64,000 nucleotides of DNA, taken from contig CAWFAK010000002.1 in assembly GCA_963813715.1 (NCBI GenBank), positions 1 to 64,000 of the forward strand, in the 5' to 3' direction. Shown here one piece after another: positions 23,294-34,092 of this stretch. The stretch's first letter is position 1; every line of letters starts with the position of its first letter. A model generated the notes under the pieces. The model had not been told where the DNA came from and made no database searches. It was given only the letters and a program-made list of their open reading frames with translations. The DNA comes from an uncultured Planctomycetaceae bacterium (lineage in GTDB: Bacteria > Planctomycetota > Planctomycetia > Planctomycetales > Planctomycetaceae). A program made the position numbers and the translations under genes.

Positions 23294-24428
23294 TCAGGCG
23301 GCGTCGCGGAGACGTCGCGTTTCAGGTTCCGCGCTTGGGCCCGGCTGGGCCTCTGCGCTTGTGATCTGTTTCCGCAGCTCGTCAGCCAGCGCCGCCAACT
23401 CGGCTACCTGGCGCTCGAGTTTCTTAAACTGGTGCCGCATCTCGGGCAGCTTGTGTGTCGCCATCACGGCACGCAGACAGTCCGCTTCGGGAATGGCCGG
23501 GATGCCGACGTAGCGCTGTCCCTCCGGCACGTCCTTGTGGACGCCGGCCTTGGCTCCCAGCACGGAGCGGCTGCCGAGATGCACGTGATCGGCGACACCC
23601 ACTTGCCCCGCACACACCACGTAGTCGCCCGTGGTGACCGAACCGGCAAAGCCGACTTGCGAGGCGAAGAGGTTGTGCCGCCCGATCTGACAGTTGTGGC
23701 CGATCATCACAAGATTATCGAGCTTGGTCCCCTGCCCGATCACCGTTTCGTCGACCAGGGCGCGGTCGATGGTCGCGTTGGCGCCGATTTCGACGTCGTC
23801 CTCGAGACGCACCGTGCCGAAATGGGGAATGTGCTCGTGCCGGCCGTCGACCGTGCGATAGCCGAAACCGTCGGCTCCGATAACGGTTCCCGCATGCACA
23901 ATCACGCGGTGCCCCACGATCACGTCGTCGTAGAGGACGGCGTTGGGATGAATCACGACGTCGTTGCCCAGACGGCAGCCCCGGCCGATGACGGCTCCGG
24001 GGTGGATGTCGCAACGGTCGCCCAGCACCACGCCCGCCGCCACGTGGGCTCCGGGATGGATATTCGTGTCCCGCCCGACGTGGGCCGTGGCGCTCGACAT
24101 AGGCGTCGGCCGAGATGCCGATCTCCGGCCGGGTTCGCCGCGGTGCGAAGCTGGCGGCCGCCCGCAGGAAGGCCTCCTTGGGCTCATCGACAAAGATGAA
24201 AGCACAGCCGCTCTTGGCCAGCGACGAAATCTGGGCGCGCAGCTCGCGGGAGACGAGGATGGCGGCGCCTTCGATCGGCTGCAGTCCGGTGGCCCTTGTG
24301 GCGGAAAAGAACGCGACCGACCCCGGACCGGCTTTCGCGAGCGATTGGGCCCGGTCGATCAGCAGCGTCTCGTTGCCGAGGACTTCACCTTCGAGCCACT
24401 CGGCCAGCGCCGCGACCCTGATCGCCAT
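23294..24428 (-). CDS. lpxD: UDP-3-O-acylglucosamine N-acyltransferase (frameshift ~24100)
   Basis: Hexapeptide repeats, IGADGFGY, VEIGANATIDR, GTKLDNLVMIGHN, AGQVGVADH. Confidence 0.95.
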
Positions 24429-24826
24429 TGCGGAATCCTTTCCGACGGACGGAATCATCACCGAGCTAAGATTTAGGACCGCGATTCGATAAAAGAGGAC
24501 CGCCTTCCGGGCGGCCACCGCGACGGTTTTAGCTCAATTCCCGGGACCGGGACAAGGCCGGTTTTCCGCGGCCGGGGCAAGAGGTTGCCGATGCTAAGGC
24601 GAGTGGCTGCCGTGGATTGGATCGACGTTTGTCCGGTCCTTTCCGAACCATCATCCTGCGAGTGCCGGAGTGGGACGTGGATTTCGGCGAGTTGACCGCG
24701 CTGGGCCGTCTTGCTACAAGAAACGCTCCCTGTCCGCTGTCGATTCGGCCGCGACAGGAGCCGCACCGCGAACTCGCGATAAAAAAGACCGAGCGAACAG
24801 AAACGTAGAGACAGAAGCGAATAGAC

Positions 24827-25000
24827 ATGGGACGAGTCGAACGCGACCGTGAGATTGCCCGCCGCCGCTCCCGCCGGTCGAAGCTCAAGAAGCTCAAGCT
24901 CCGCTACGCCAAGGCGACCGACCAGGCGTCCAAGAGCGCGATCGTGGCCAAGGTTCGCCGCCTCAGTCCGTTCGCCGTGCTGGAAGAGCCCAGCAAGTAG
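24827..25000 (+). CDS. Small basic protein (57 aa), DUF6800-like; absent from ORF track
   Basis: [59 protein letters not shown]3-rich codons; purine-rich leader. Confidence 0.8.
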   Translation: MGRVERDREIARRRSRRSKLKKLKLRYAKATDQASKSAIVAKVRRLSPFAVLEEPSK

Positions 25001-25177
25001 CAGCACGCGACGCACGGCTTCAGGTCCCGACGCGGCTTCGGGTTCCCGGCAAACGCAATCAGACGCGGACGCGTTGCGCACGGCGCACACCTTGTGCGCG
25101 GCAAGAAGCTGGTCTTGGCCCGACCGGCCGATTCCACTATCTTCCCGTGACTCCTCGTCTTCGGTAACCACGCACGA

Positions 25178-25939
25178 TTGTTCGCCGCGAGACCCGTCGA
25201 TGCTGCGCTCTCTTATTCCCCTGCCGCCCCGCGGCAACGCTCCCTGTCCGGCCTGATTGCGGCCCTGTCGTTGACGGGCGCGATCGCCTTCGGCCTGTCG
25301 ACGGCGCACGTTGCCTCGGGTGACACCCGCACGACCCGGAAGATCGAGCGACAAACACGCACCTTCTCGATTTCGATCGACGGCACGCGTCGTGGCACAT
25401 CGACAACGCAGTTTCGCAGCAACGGCAGCGCAGTCTTTTTGAAGAGCGTCAGCGAAATCAAGGTCGATTATTGGGTCTACAAATATCACTACACCTCGGG
25501 CGGCACCGAGCTGTGGAAGAACGGCCGGATCGTCGCCGTCGAAAACACGGCGGACTACAACGGCACGCAGTATGTGGTCAAAGGGACGCCCGTCGCGCGG
25601 GGTATGCAGATCACCACCAACGGCGTCGACACCCTGGCCAGTCTGGACATCTGGGATACGTCGTACTTGATCCTGCCGGAGCGGTTCGTCAACACTGACA
25701 CGGCGACGGTCGTGCTGTTCGATTCCGACAAAGGCAAATGCCAGGTCGGCAAGATTCAGTACATTGGGGAAGAGACGCTCACCGTCGGCGAAGGCCGCAC
25801 GAATTGCTCGCACTACAAGATCGCCGGGGATGCGCACGTCGACGTCTGGTACGACGCGTCCCGCCGGCTCGTGCGGGAAGAGTCGCAGGAATCGGGCCAC
25901 AAGGTCCGCTTCGAACTGCTGTCGCTGACGGCCGAATAG
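25178..25939 (+). CDS. Secreted beta-rich protein, DUF6134-like (start uncertain)
   Basis: Signal peptide; YKYHYTSGGTELWKNGRIV, VDVWYDASRRLVRE. Confidence 0.7.
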   Translation: MFAARPVDAALSYSPAAPRQRSLSGLIAALSLTGAIAFGLSTAHVASGDTRTTRKIERQTRTFSISIDGTRRGTSTTQFRSNGSAVFLKSVSEIKVDYWVYKYHYTSGGTELWKNGRIVAVENTADYNGTQYVVKGTPVARGMQITTNGVDTLASLDIWDTSYLILPERFVNTDTATVVLFDSDKGKCQVGKIQYIGEETLTVGEGRTNCSHYKIAGDAHVDVWYDASRRLVREESQESGHKVRFELLSLTAE

Positions 25940-25951
25940 CCGGCGATTCGT

Positions 25952-26389
25952 CTATCGCACCGGACTTGCCGGCCGCCCGTAGTTCGGGTCGTACCAGGCA
26001 TTCTGTCCGTAAGCAGGCCCGCGGACGAGGTCCCGGCCAAACGGCAACAGCGCCAGCGGAATCAGCTTCACGTGCTGCAGCGCGAAGGGAAGCCCGATCA
26101 CGGTGATCGCCAGGAGCGCTGCCCAGAGCAGATGATGCAGCGCCATCACCCACCCCAACGTGAAAATCCAGATGACGTTGAGCACCAGCCGTAACGGCGA
26201 GTTCGCATCCGGGTATTCGACGAGGTCGCAGCCGAAGGGGGCGAAGGTGGCGATGCCGATCTTGATCTCCTGGTAGCCGAACGGGATGCCGATGATCGTG
26301 AAGCAGAGCGCGATCCCGCCGATGATGTGCCCTAGCCCGGCGAACAAGCCGCCGCATACCAGCCAGATGATGTTGCCTACCAGCGACAT
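25952..26389 (-). CDS. yccF: YccF-domain inner membrane protein
   Basis: Duplicated GNIIWLVCGG / LNVIWIFTLG; TIIGIPFG / TVIGLPFA; PFG motifs. Confidence 0.9.
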   Translation of the reverse strand: MSLVGNIIWLVCGGLFAGLGHIIGGIALCFTIIGIPFGYQEIKIGIATFAPFGCDLVEYPDANSPLRLVLNVIWIFTLGWVMALHHLLWAALLAITVIGLPFALQHVKLIPLALLPFGRDLVRGPAYGQNAWYDPNYGRPASPVR

Positions 26390-26477
26390 GTCCTCTCTCC
26401 CGAAGCTCGAGGTGCCCGAGCTCACTTCGTCGGCCTAATCACATATTCGCCGCCGATTGGCCAATCTTGATCCGAAT

Positions 26478-26915
26478 CTAGGACTCGGGGTGATCCATTT
26501 TCCACAGGCGCTCCACGTGTCGGCCGCCCTCGAAGGGAGTTTCGAGCCACTTGCGCACGATGGCCAGCGCCAGGTCTTCGCTGACCATCCGCGCGCCGAG
26601 CGACAGCACGTTGGAATCGTTGTGCTTGCGACCCAACTCCGCCGTCTCGAGATTCCAGCACAACGCGCAGCGCACGCCGATGATGCGGTTGGCGGTCATC
26701 GCTTCGCCGTTGCCCGAGCCGCCCAGCACAATGCCCCGCTCGAACTCGCCTTTGGCGACCGCCAGCGCGGCCGGCCTAATGAAGTCGGGGTAGTCGACCG
26801 GGTCGGTCGAAAAGGTGCCGAAGTCGTGGACGGTGTGTCCCGCTTCGATCAGCATCTTCTTGATGGCTTCCTTGTACAGGTAGCCGGCGTGATCGGTTCC
26901 CAGAGAAATCTTCAT
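26478..26915 (-). CDS. rpiB: Ribose-5-phosphate isomerase B
   Basis: GTDHAG, VDYPDF, GGSGNGE, HNDSNVLSLGAR, FEGGRH. Confidence 0.95.
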   Translation of the reverse strand: MKISLGTDHAGYLYKEAIKKMLIEAGHTVHDFGTFSTDPVDYPDFIRPAALAVAKGEFERGIVLGGSGNGEAMTANRIIGVRCALCWNLETAELGRKHNDSNVLSLGARMVSEDLALAIVRKWLETPFEGGRHVERLWKMDHPES

Positions 26916-27127
26916 CGGATGTCCTCCCGCAGACTGTGCCTGCCGCAGACTGGATAGATCATAGACGGCCCGCCGGGTGGATGCGACGGGCCGGCGGGCG
27001 TCCACAGAGGAACCCGACGCCGGGCGGGACCGAGGGGGCGTGTGGAGCGACAGAAGGGCCCGTGGCGGACGCGTTCACTGGCAGAGCGGCACCCCGCTCC
27101 TTAGTCTTAAGGCAGAGGAGTTCCCGC

Positions 27128-27691
27128 ATGATCACGATTCGCTCGGCGGCCGCACGTCGAGGCATTCTGCGACGCGTCAGCCTCCTGATTTGTGCCGGCC
27201 TGTTGGCAGCCGCTCCGGGCTGCAGCAAATCGGCGAAGCCCAAGGCGGCCGCTGAACCGGCTGCCGAAGCCGAAAAAGAGGAAGCCCCGGCCGCGCCGCA
27301 AGTCGAGAAGAAGCCGGAGGCCAAGCCGGCGCCGCCCGTCGTGGTCCATCACGTCCCGCCGGATCCGACGAAGTGGCAACTCGCCGATCTGCAAGCCGGC
27401 CTCACCACTCACGACATGCGCTTCGTGCCGGCAGTGCTGATTTTCAGCATGCAAAGTGCGAACGGAGCCAAGCAGGCCGACGACCTGAAGGGGTTGCTCG
27501 AACGCGCGGGTCAGATGAAGGACGACCCCTCGATAGCCCTCCCGCTGCCGCCGGCGCCGAACGCGACCCCCGTGACCGCCGCGAAGCCGGTGGTCCCCGG
27601 ACAGCCGGCAACCCCGCCCGCCACTCCGGTCGCTCCCCGTCGGGGGCGGCGGATGGGCGGCAACATGCGCGGCGCCGGTGCCGGCAGCTAG
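27128..27691 (+). CDS. Putative lipoprotein, Pro/Ala-rich
   Basis: Lipobox-like LLAAAPGC; GAGGAG RBS. Confidence 0.7.
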   Translation: MITIRSAAARRGILRRVSLLICAGLLAAAPGCSKSAKPKAAAEPAAEAEKEEAPAAPQVEKKPEAKPAPPVVVHHVPPDPTKWQLADLQAGLTTHDMRFVPAVLIFSMQSANGAKQADDLKGLLERAGQMKDDPSIALPLPPAPNATPVTAAKPVVPGQPATPPATPVAPRRGRRMGGNMRGAGAGS

Positions 27692-27990
27692 TTCTGCCGT
27701 CCGAAATGCTCGCGGCGCGTCAGTGAGTGGCCCGATTGAAGCGACGCGCGTCGACCCGCCGTCAACCTCGTTGTGAACGGTCTTTTCACCGAATCCGCGC
27801 GAACCGGAACACGTCAGAGCTGGAATTACCCAGCGATCTGGACGCCGGCCGACGAAAAAACTCAAGGCCGCCGCGTCCCAACAAGTTCGGCTGCGAACTA
27901 ATCGCCCGCCAGCCCGATATCAGTTCGTGGCGATCTCTGCCGACTGGGTGTTCGTCCGCTTTTTTAGTCGCAGGCGGGGATGGTGACGAC

Positions 27991-29315
27991 ATGGGGCGTG
28001 ACAAGGTCCTGGGACTCTCGCTGGCGATCCTGCTGATCGGATTCGGCGGCGCGTTTTGCTTCCGCAACGAGCCGTTCGTCGAGAACGGGCTGAAGCTGGC
28101 CCGCGCAAAATCCTGGACGAAGGCATTGCCCGGCGGCCCGGCCCCAAGCCCTATGTCGCGGAGAGCAAACGCGACTCCTCCCCTGCCCCGGCGAACAAAC
28201 CGACCGTCACTCTCGGCGGCATCGAGGCCTTCGAGCCGGCCGACCCGCCGAAGGTCGCCCAACGCCTGCACGCAACCAGATCGACCCCGAAGCCGCGGCT
28301 CGATCAAGACGTGCCGACGACCCCGCGCGATCCGCCGGCGTCGCCGCCACCGATCGACCAGTTCGTCTCCGTCCAAACGGAACGGAGAAGGCCGGCGGTC
28401 GTTGCGACTACGGTCACCCCGGTCGATCCGCCGGCGCGGCCGAAAGAGCGCTCAGCCGACCGCATGAGAGACGACCAGGCGAAAGACGACGGCATGACGG
28501 AAGACCGCGTGAAGCAAAACACGGCCAGCGTCGATCGTCCGATCGAATTGTCGATTCGCCCGGCTTCCCCCGCGTTCGATTCGCCCGATTCGCTCCTGGA
28601 CGATGCGGCGACCTGGCAGCATCCGCCCGACGGACGCGACGGCTGCCCGGCGATGACAGGCTCGGACCACAGCGAAATCACGTCGTCGAGCCGACCGCCC
28701 GCGGCTTCGGGCACGACGTATACCGTCCGCCGCGGCGACACGCTGAGCCGCATCGCGTTGCGCTTGTTGGGAGACGCCAACCGGTATCGCGAGATCTTTG
28801 CCGCGAACCGGGACCAGTTATCGACGGTGAATACGCGGCTCAAGGTGGGCATGACGCTGCGCATTCCGGACGAGCATTCGCACGCGCGGCGCTCGAGCAC
28901 TTCGACGGCGTCGAAAACGAAGACTTCGCGAACCAACAATCCGAGCAACACCGCCCCCAAGACGCGACAGGTTCCCGCGCAACCGGTCTCGCGCGTCCGC
29001 GAAACGCCCCGCATCCAGCCGCGCGAGACCGACCGACCGACGCCACCGGCCAACGACGACCAGGTTCAGCAGCCAACCGGCCAGCTGCGTTTCGTGCCCG
29101 TGCAACGAGGCCCTTTCTTGCGGTCACGCGGCGACTCGAGCAGCGGAGACGGGGGTGGTCGCGATCTGTCGCAGCGGCCGCCAACCACCAGCGAGCAGTC
29201 GCGCCGCAAGCAAGACGTCGATTCGCAGGAAGGGGCTGCGAGTTCATCTTCCACGAAAAAACGCGCGAACGACGGCGACGCTGAGCCGATGGGCTCCGGC
29301 GGCGAAGGCACCTGA
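27991..29315 (+). CDS. Membrane-anchored LysM-domain protein (frameshift ~28110)
   Basis: MGRDKVLGLSLAILLIGFGGAFCFR anchor; LysM YTVRRGDTLSRIALRLLGDANRYREIFAAN...LKVGMTLRIP. Confidence 0.85.
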
Positions 29316-29344
29316 GCGCGGCGGCCGGAGTCGAGCCCGACGGC

Positions 29345-29764
29345 TCACTCGGTCCGGCGTCCGAGCAGCGCTAGAGCGATCTGTCCCGCGTCCGGTTGGT
29401 CGGCATCACTCGCGTCGGTAATGGGCTCGCCTGCCACGGGAGAGCCGCTCTCGGCCTCGAGTCCCAGTTCGTTGAGCAGAAACTCGGCCCGCTCGTAACT
29501 GCACATCCGCTCGAGCTGATTCAAGAGCGGGGTGAAATCGGGGCTGCGGAGGGCGTCGGCCGCGGTCGAAAAGCGGCCGATCAGATGGGCCGGATTGTGC
29601 TCGAGCACCAACTGGCGACAGCGGTCGGCCACCTCGATCCAGCCGGCGCGTCCGGCGGCTGCCGTCGCCAACACCAGCAGCCGATCGCGACCGGTCCGCT
29701 GGTGCTTGCGCTCGGAAACGGCCGCCAGCTTCACGTAGGCCAACATGGCGGACTCGTGATTCAT
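29345..29764 (-). CDS. Hypothetical helical protein
   Basis: Coding-like ORF (RDRLLVLA, NPAHLIGRF, CSYERAEFLL). Confidence 0.7.
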   Translation of the reverse strand: MNHESAMLAYVKLAAVSERKHQRTGRDRLLVLATAAAGRAGWIEVADRCRQLVLEHNPAHLIGRFSTAADALRSPDFTPLLNQLERMCSYERAEFLLNELGLEAESGSPVAGEPITDASDADQPDAGQIALALLGRRTE

Positions 29765-29872
29765 CGGAGTGTGCGCTCGGCCACGTGCGAAAGGTTGCTT
29801 CCGTCGTTCTACCGCAAGCCGGAGAAGCGCACAACAGGCGCCCGGCCACTGCCCGCTCGGGGCGTGAACTCT

Positions 29873-29901
29873 TTGACAGGTTCGCCGCGAGGTGTTGTAA
29901 T
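29873..29901 (+). promoter_or_regulatory. Sigma70-type promoter upstream of dedA
   Basis: TTGACA-17 bp-TGTAAT with extended -10 TG. Confidence 0.65.
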
Positions 29902-30006
29902 CCCGTGATCCAATCGGCGGCCGCGGGCGTTGTCCCGAAGGACGGCCAGCCGGCGCTCGTCGCGCTCGGCCAGACTCTGGTTTGTTAGAACGGATTCGCG
30001 TTTCCG

Positions 30007-30676
30007 TGTTTCACCTCGACGTTCACGACTTAATTCGCCACTACGGCTACCCGGCGATCTTTTTCTTTTTGTTCATCGAAAACTTCGGCATCCCCGTGCC
30101 GGGGCAAGCCTTCTTCATTGTGGCGATTTGGCTGACGGCCAAGGGCGAGCTGCAGCTGCTCCCTGTCGCGCTCACCGCGTTCGTCGCGTCCGTGCTTGGA
30201 GGCACGGTCGGCTTTGCGATCGGGCGGCGCGGCGGCCACAAAGTTTTGCAGGAATACGGCCGCTACATCTGGATCACGCCCGAACGGCTCGCGAAGGCGG
30301 AGGGATTCTTCGCCCAGTACGGCGGCGGGGTGATCGTCCTGCGCGGTTCCTCGAAGGGCTGCGACAGATTTACGGGATTCTGGCGGGCAGCCTCAACATT
30401 TCCTGGCGCCGCTTCCTGCTCTGCAACATCGCCGGCGCGTCGCTGTGGGTCGCGGTGTGGATTGGACTCTTGTTGTGGTTCGGCCGCCACGTCCGCCACA
30501 TCTGGGAGGTGTTTCGGGAAAACCAGCCCTACCTGCTGCTGGGGGTCGGTTGCGCGGCCTTTCTCGCGGCGGGCGTGCTCCACCTGGTCAACCGCGCCAA
30601 AAAAAGCGAGTCGCCGAGCGCCGAACCACGCGTCAGCCCGGAGGGCGATTCGACGCGAACAACGGCCGATCTCTAA
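30007..30676 (+). CDS. dedA: DedA/SNARE-associated membrane protein (frameshift ~30340)
   Basis: YGYPAIFFFLFIENFGIPVPG, GFAIGRRGG, ARFLEGLRQ, RRFLLCNIAGASLW. Confidence 0.88.
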
Positions 30677-30699
30677 CAGCGGACGACATCTGATTGCGG

Positions 30700-32040
30700 C
30701 TAGGGCCGCGCTTGGCTGCTAATCGCCGGCTGCTTTTGCAGATTCTCGACCCCGGCAATCGCACCCTTCACGATGACGTCGGCAAGCGTCGGCCCGTAAA
30801 AGCTCATGCTCGCCTCGTACTTCCCCAAGTTGTATTGCTCGATCGGCAGAATGTAGCTGATCCATTCGTCGGCTAGTCCGCCGATGATCGGGTGCTTGGC
30901 CCCGGTGATTTCGCCCGCGCGGTGCTTGACTTCAAGGCCGAGCTTGGCCGCCAGCTCACCCGGGATGCCGACGATCAGCAAGTCCCCCAAACGCAGCGAA
31001 ACGCTGTCGGTTCGCGTCGGGAAAAGTTTGGGCAACATTTCCCGCAACAGCTCTTCGGTCATGCCGTATTCTTTGCCGCCGGTCTCGCGAAAGTTCGGGT
31101 GCCATTGCCGTTTGGGCAGCTCAATTTCCTGGCGCCAGTAGGCGAAGACCGGCCGGGGAACGGGCGACGTTTTCTGCCAGACGTGCCAGACCTCGACACC
31201 CAGGTCGCGGCCGTACCGTTCGGCCCGCTCCCAGTGCGACTCGCCCGAATTGGGCCGCGAGACCGTCGACTGATCCCCCTCGGCACCGTTGGCGTACATC
31301 GCCTGCACGTCGTCCCCGATCAGCGACTCGAGCGTCCGCTGCATGTTGCCGGGCCAGTCGCCCGAGAACCACATATCCTCCGGCCCCATGAAGGTGGGAT
31401 GGGCCGTCCAGTTGACGAACACGGCGAACGGGCGGCCGTCGAGCCGATCGATCCGCGTGACGGTGAGTTCCGGATCGATCGTGCCGCCCGGGATGCGGCG
31501 ATTGCGGTTCCAGCCTTCGAGCTTGATGCTCGACGTCCCCACGGCGATGGGCACCAACTCCTTTTCCGCGTCGGCGACGACTTGCGCGAGCCGGTTCATT
31601 GTCAGCTCGAAGAGCGGGGGATTGTGCAGGCCGAGCTGCGGCACCTGAAAATCGTTGAGCGGGTTGAGCGCGTTCATTTCGATGGCCGTGTGCGAATGGC
31701 TGGCCAACAACATCAGGTTGTCGGCCGTCCATCCTTTGCCGGCAAGCCGATCGAGCACGGCCGTCTTCACCGGCGGTGCAAAGCCTAGCGCATCGACCGT
31801 GACGAGCGCGAATTTCTTCGTCCCGTCGGAGAGGACCAACACCTTCGCGAAAATGCGATCATGCACGCCGGTGGCCGGCTTGTTCATCCGATCTCCGTAC
31901 CCGCCGAGGGCGACTTTCAGCGACAGGGGCGGCGTGATATCGATCCGGGCCTTGCCGGCCTTGAGTTCGCCGGCGCGGGCCGGTTGATGAACGAAGAAAA
32001 CGGCAGCGCAACCGAGCAGAACGGCAACGACGATCTTCAC
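30700..32040 (-). CDS. Neutral/alkaline ceramidase N-terminal-domain hydrolase
   Basis: AGKARIDITPP, GVHDRIFAK, ASHSHT, NWTAHPT, SGDWPG, NGAEGDQS. Confidence 0.85.
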   Translation of the reverse strand: MKIVVAVLLGCAAVFFVHQPARAGELKAGKARIDITPPLSLKVALGGYGDRMNKPATGVHDRIFAKVLVLSDGTKKFALVTVDALGFAPPVKTAVLDRLAGKGWTADNLMLLASHSHTAIEMNALNPLNDFQVPQLGLHNPPLFELTMNRLAQVVADAEKELVPIAVGTSSIKLEGWNRNRRIPGGTIDPELTVTRIDRLDGRPFAVFVNWTAHPTFMGPEDMWFSGDWPGNMQRTLESLIGDDVQAMYANGAEGDQSTVSRPNSGESHWERAERYGRDLGVEVWHVWQKTSPVPRPVFAYWRQEIELPKRQWHPNFRETGGKEYGMTEELLREMLPKLFPTRTDSVSLRLGDLLIVGIPGELAAKLGLEVKHRAGEITGAKHPIIGGLADEWISYILPIEQYNLGKYEASMSFYGPTLADVIVKGAIAGVENLQKQPAISSQARP

Positions 32041-32130
32041 GATTGATCCCCCATGAGCTTTCGACCGGGCGCAGGCCCTCCGCAAGGTCAGCATACCGGG
32101 GTCGGTGTCTCGCCGCACCGCTTAGCGGTC

Positions 32131-32212
32131 GGGTGACACTGGCGGCTTGTCCGCCAGTGAGCCTCGCCACGCGCTGGCGAAGACACTGGCGGACAAGCCG
32201 CCAGTGCCACCC
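32131..32212. repeat. REP-like inverted doublet (same family as 16392)
   Basis: 32131-32159 and inverted 32184-32212. Confidence 0.9.
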
Positions 32213-32224
32213 CGTGCGCCTGAT

Positions 32225-32711
32225 CTGCGCGATGAACGCAAAGTAGTAGAACAACAAGCCCGTAGCCGAGGTCAGTGCCAGGTCGGTCGCCGAGCTCCAG
32301 CCCAGGAACTTGTGCAGCGGGCTGTGGCGGGAGGGGGACGGCGGGTTGCCGAATCTCGGGCAGCGCCAGGCTGATCGTCGTGATCCACAAGAGGGGCGTC
32401 GAGATTGCGAAGATCAAATGGACGTAGAGCACCTTACGGGCAAAGTCGAGGCTCTCGGTCGCCATGTCGGGACGGGCCTCTTTGACGATGTTCTCCCATC
32501 CGTGGTGCATGCGGATGTCGACCTCGAACGCCGCCACTGCCAAAAAGAGCACGGCCGCCAGCGTCAATTGCAGGCGGCGGTGCCAGGCATACTGTCGACG
32601 GAATTTGACGAGGTAGATGCTCGTCGCTAGCGCCGGCACGAGCAGGACCAGCGCGCACACGACGACGTCGAGCATGAACGTCGCGTGATAGCCGAGGAAG
32701 CCCTGGGACAT
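32225..32711 (-). CDS. DUF420-family membrane protein (frameshift ~32360; end approximate)
   Basis: GFLGYHATFMLDVVV, WHRRLQL, FEVDIR, LYVHLIFA, HKFLGW. Confidence 0.75.
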
Positions 32712-32770
32712 GATGGGCGTCTGTAGCAGATGCTACGACCCATTCCAAGGGAACGTCGGCGGCGGCCTGC

Positions 32771-32796
32771 GGGAGGGCGAGGCCCCCGCCGAGCCG
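32771..32796. repeat. REP-like element GGGAGGGCGAGGCCCCCGCCGAGCCG
   Basis: Short GC-rich intergenic motif downstream of fliA; single copy in the window, recognised as a recurrent type. Confidence 0.5.
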
Positions 32797-32857
32797 TTTC
32801 TGTGACAAAAAACCCGGCTCAGCAGGAATTTTGCCTTCGACCGAGGCGCGTCCTGGT

Positions 32858-33634
32858 TTAGCCGAATTCGGGCCGGCGGCGGCGGAGCTGATCTTTGAGC
32901 CGGGCGACGATGCTCGAGTGCATCTGGCTCACGCGGCTCTCGGAGAGTCCCAGCGTGTTGCCGATCTCCTTCATCGTCAGCTCTTCGTAGTAGTACAGGA
33001 TGATGATCAGCCGCTCGTTGCGATTGAGCCCCTTGGTGACGAGCTTCATCAGGTCGCGTTTTTGGATGCCGCGGGTCGGGTCCTCGCCCTTGCTGTCTTC
33101 GAGGATGTCGACTTCGCGGACGTCCTTGTAGCTGTCGGTCTCGTACCACTTCTTGTTGAGGCTGACGAGGTTGACGGCGCTCGCCTCGCACTTGAGCTTT
33201 TCGTATTCGGGGAGCGGGATGTGCAGCCGCGAGGCCATCTCCGTGTCGGAAGGGGGGCGGCCAAACTCGGCTTCGGCCTCTTTGCGGGCCGATTCGAGCT
33301 TGCTGGCCTTGCTGCGGACCAGCCGCGGCACCCAATCCATTGTCCGCAATTCGTCGAGCATTGCGCCGCGGATTCGCGGGACGCAGTAGGTTTCGAATTT
33401 GACCCCGCGACCGAGGTCAAACGCGTCGATGGCGTCCATCAGGCCGAACACGCCGGCCGAGATGAGATCGTTTAAATCGACGCCCTCGGGCAGCTTGGCC
33501 CAAACCCGCTCGGCGTTATAGCGGACCAGCGGAAGATATCGCTCGATGAGGATATTGCGCAGCTCTTGGTTGGATTGGTCTTGTTTGTAAGACTTCCAAA
33601 TCTCGGCTACGTCTTCCGTGACCCGTGTCGCCAT
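32858..33634 (-). CDS. fliA: RNA polymerase sigma-28 factor FliA/WhiG
   Basis: DLISAGVFGLMDAI, RIRGAMLDELRTMDWVPR, YYYEELTMKEIG..LGLSESRVSQMH. Confidence 0.96.
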   Translation of the reverse strand: MATRVTEDVAEIWKSYKQDQSNQELRNILIERYLPLVRYNAERVWAKLPEGVDLNDLISAGVFGLMDAIDAFDLGRGVKFETYCVPRIRGAMLDELRTMDWVPRLVRSKASKLESARKEAEAEFGRPPSDTEMASRLHIPLPEYEKLKCEASAVNLVSLNKKWYETDSYKDVREVDILEDSKGEDPTRGIQKRDLMKLVTKGLNRNERLIIILYYYEELTMKEIGNTLGLSESRVSQMHSSIVARLKDQLRRRRPEFG

Positions 33635-33663
33635 ACCATCCTCCATGAAGAAATCTCACCGGC

Positions 33664-33912
33664 TCAGGCTGGCCGAGGCGTGGTTGCCGATCCCAGTGTT
33701 GCTTGCAGTTGCCGCGCAAGTTCGCTCTTGATGTTTTCCTCGACGATCCGTCGCGCTGCTTCGCCCAGAACCAAGCCCAGGACGTAGAACGCCCCCAGGG
33801 AGACCAATGCGGTTTGCATCGTTGCGAAGAAGTCGGTCTCGCAGAACAATCCGCGCAGAGCCGCGGTGGCAAAAGCGATCAAAGCCAGACGTTTGGCGAA
33901 TTGAGTAGCCAC
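33664..33912 (-). CDS. Small membrane protein between flhG and fliA
   Basis: GTG start; two hydrophobic helices (LALIAFATAALRG; LVSLGAFYVLGLVLG). Confidence 0.7.
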   Translation of the reverse strand: MATQFAKRLALIAFATAALRGLFCETDFFATMQTALVSLGAFYVLGLVLGEAARRIVEENIKSELARQLQATLGSATTPRPA

Positions 33913-34002
33913 CGAATTGACCCGCCGAAGGACCGAGGGAGTGCGGGCAAGGCGCGCCGTCGATGGCGCGTCCGCGCGGGAATGAAAATTCCCGTACATC
34001 CT

Positions 34003-34031
34003 TTATCGGTCGGGCCGACCCGATCATTTCA
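34003..34031 (-). promoter_or_regulatory. Possible sigma-28 promoter upstream of orf-fliA
   Basis: Minus strand TGAAA-N16-ACCGATAA versus consensus TAAA-N15-GCCGATAA. Confidence 0.45.
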
Positions 34032-34092
34032 GAATTTCTTTCGCAAATTTTGCAGTCGATAGGACCGGCAAACTCGGCGGAATGGGTACGAA

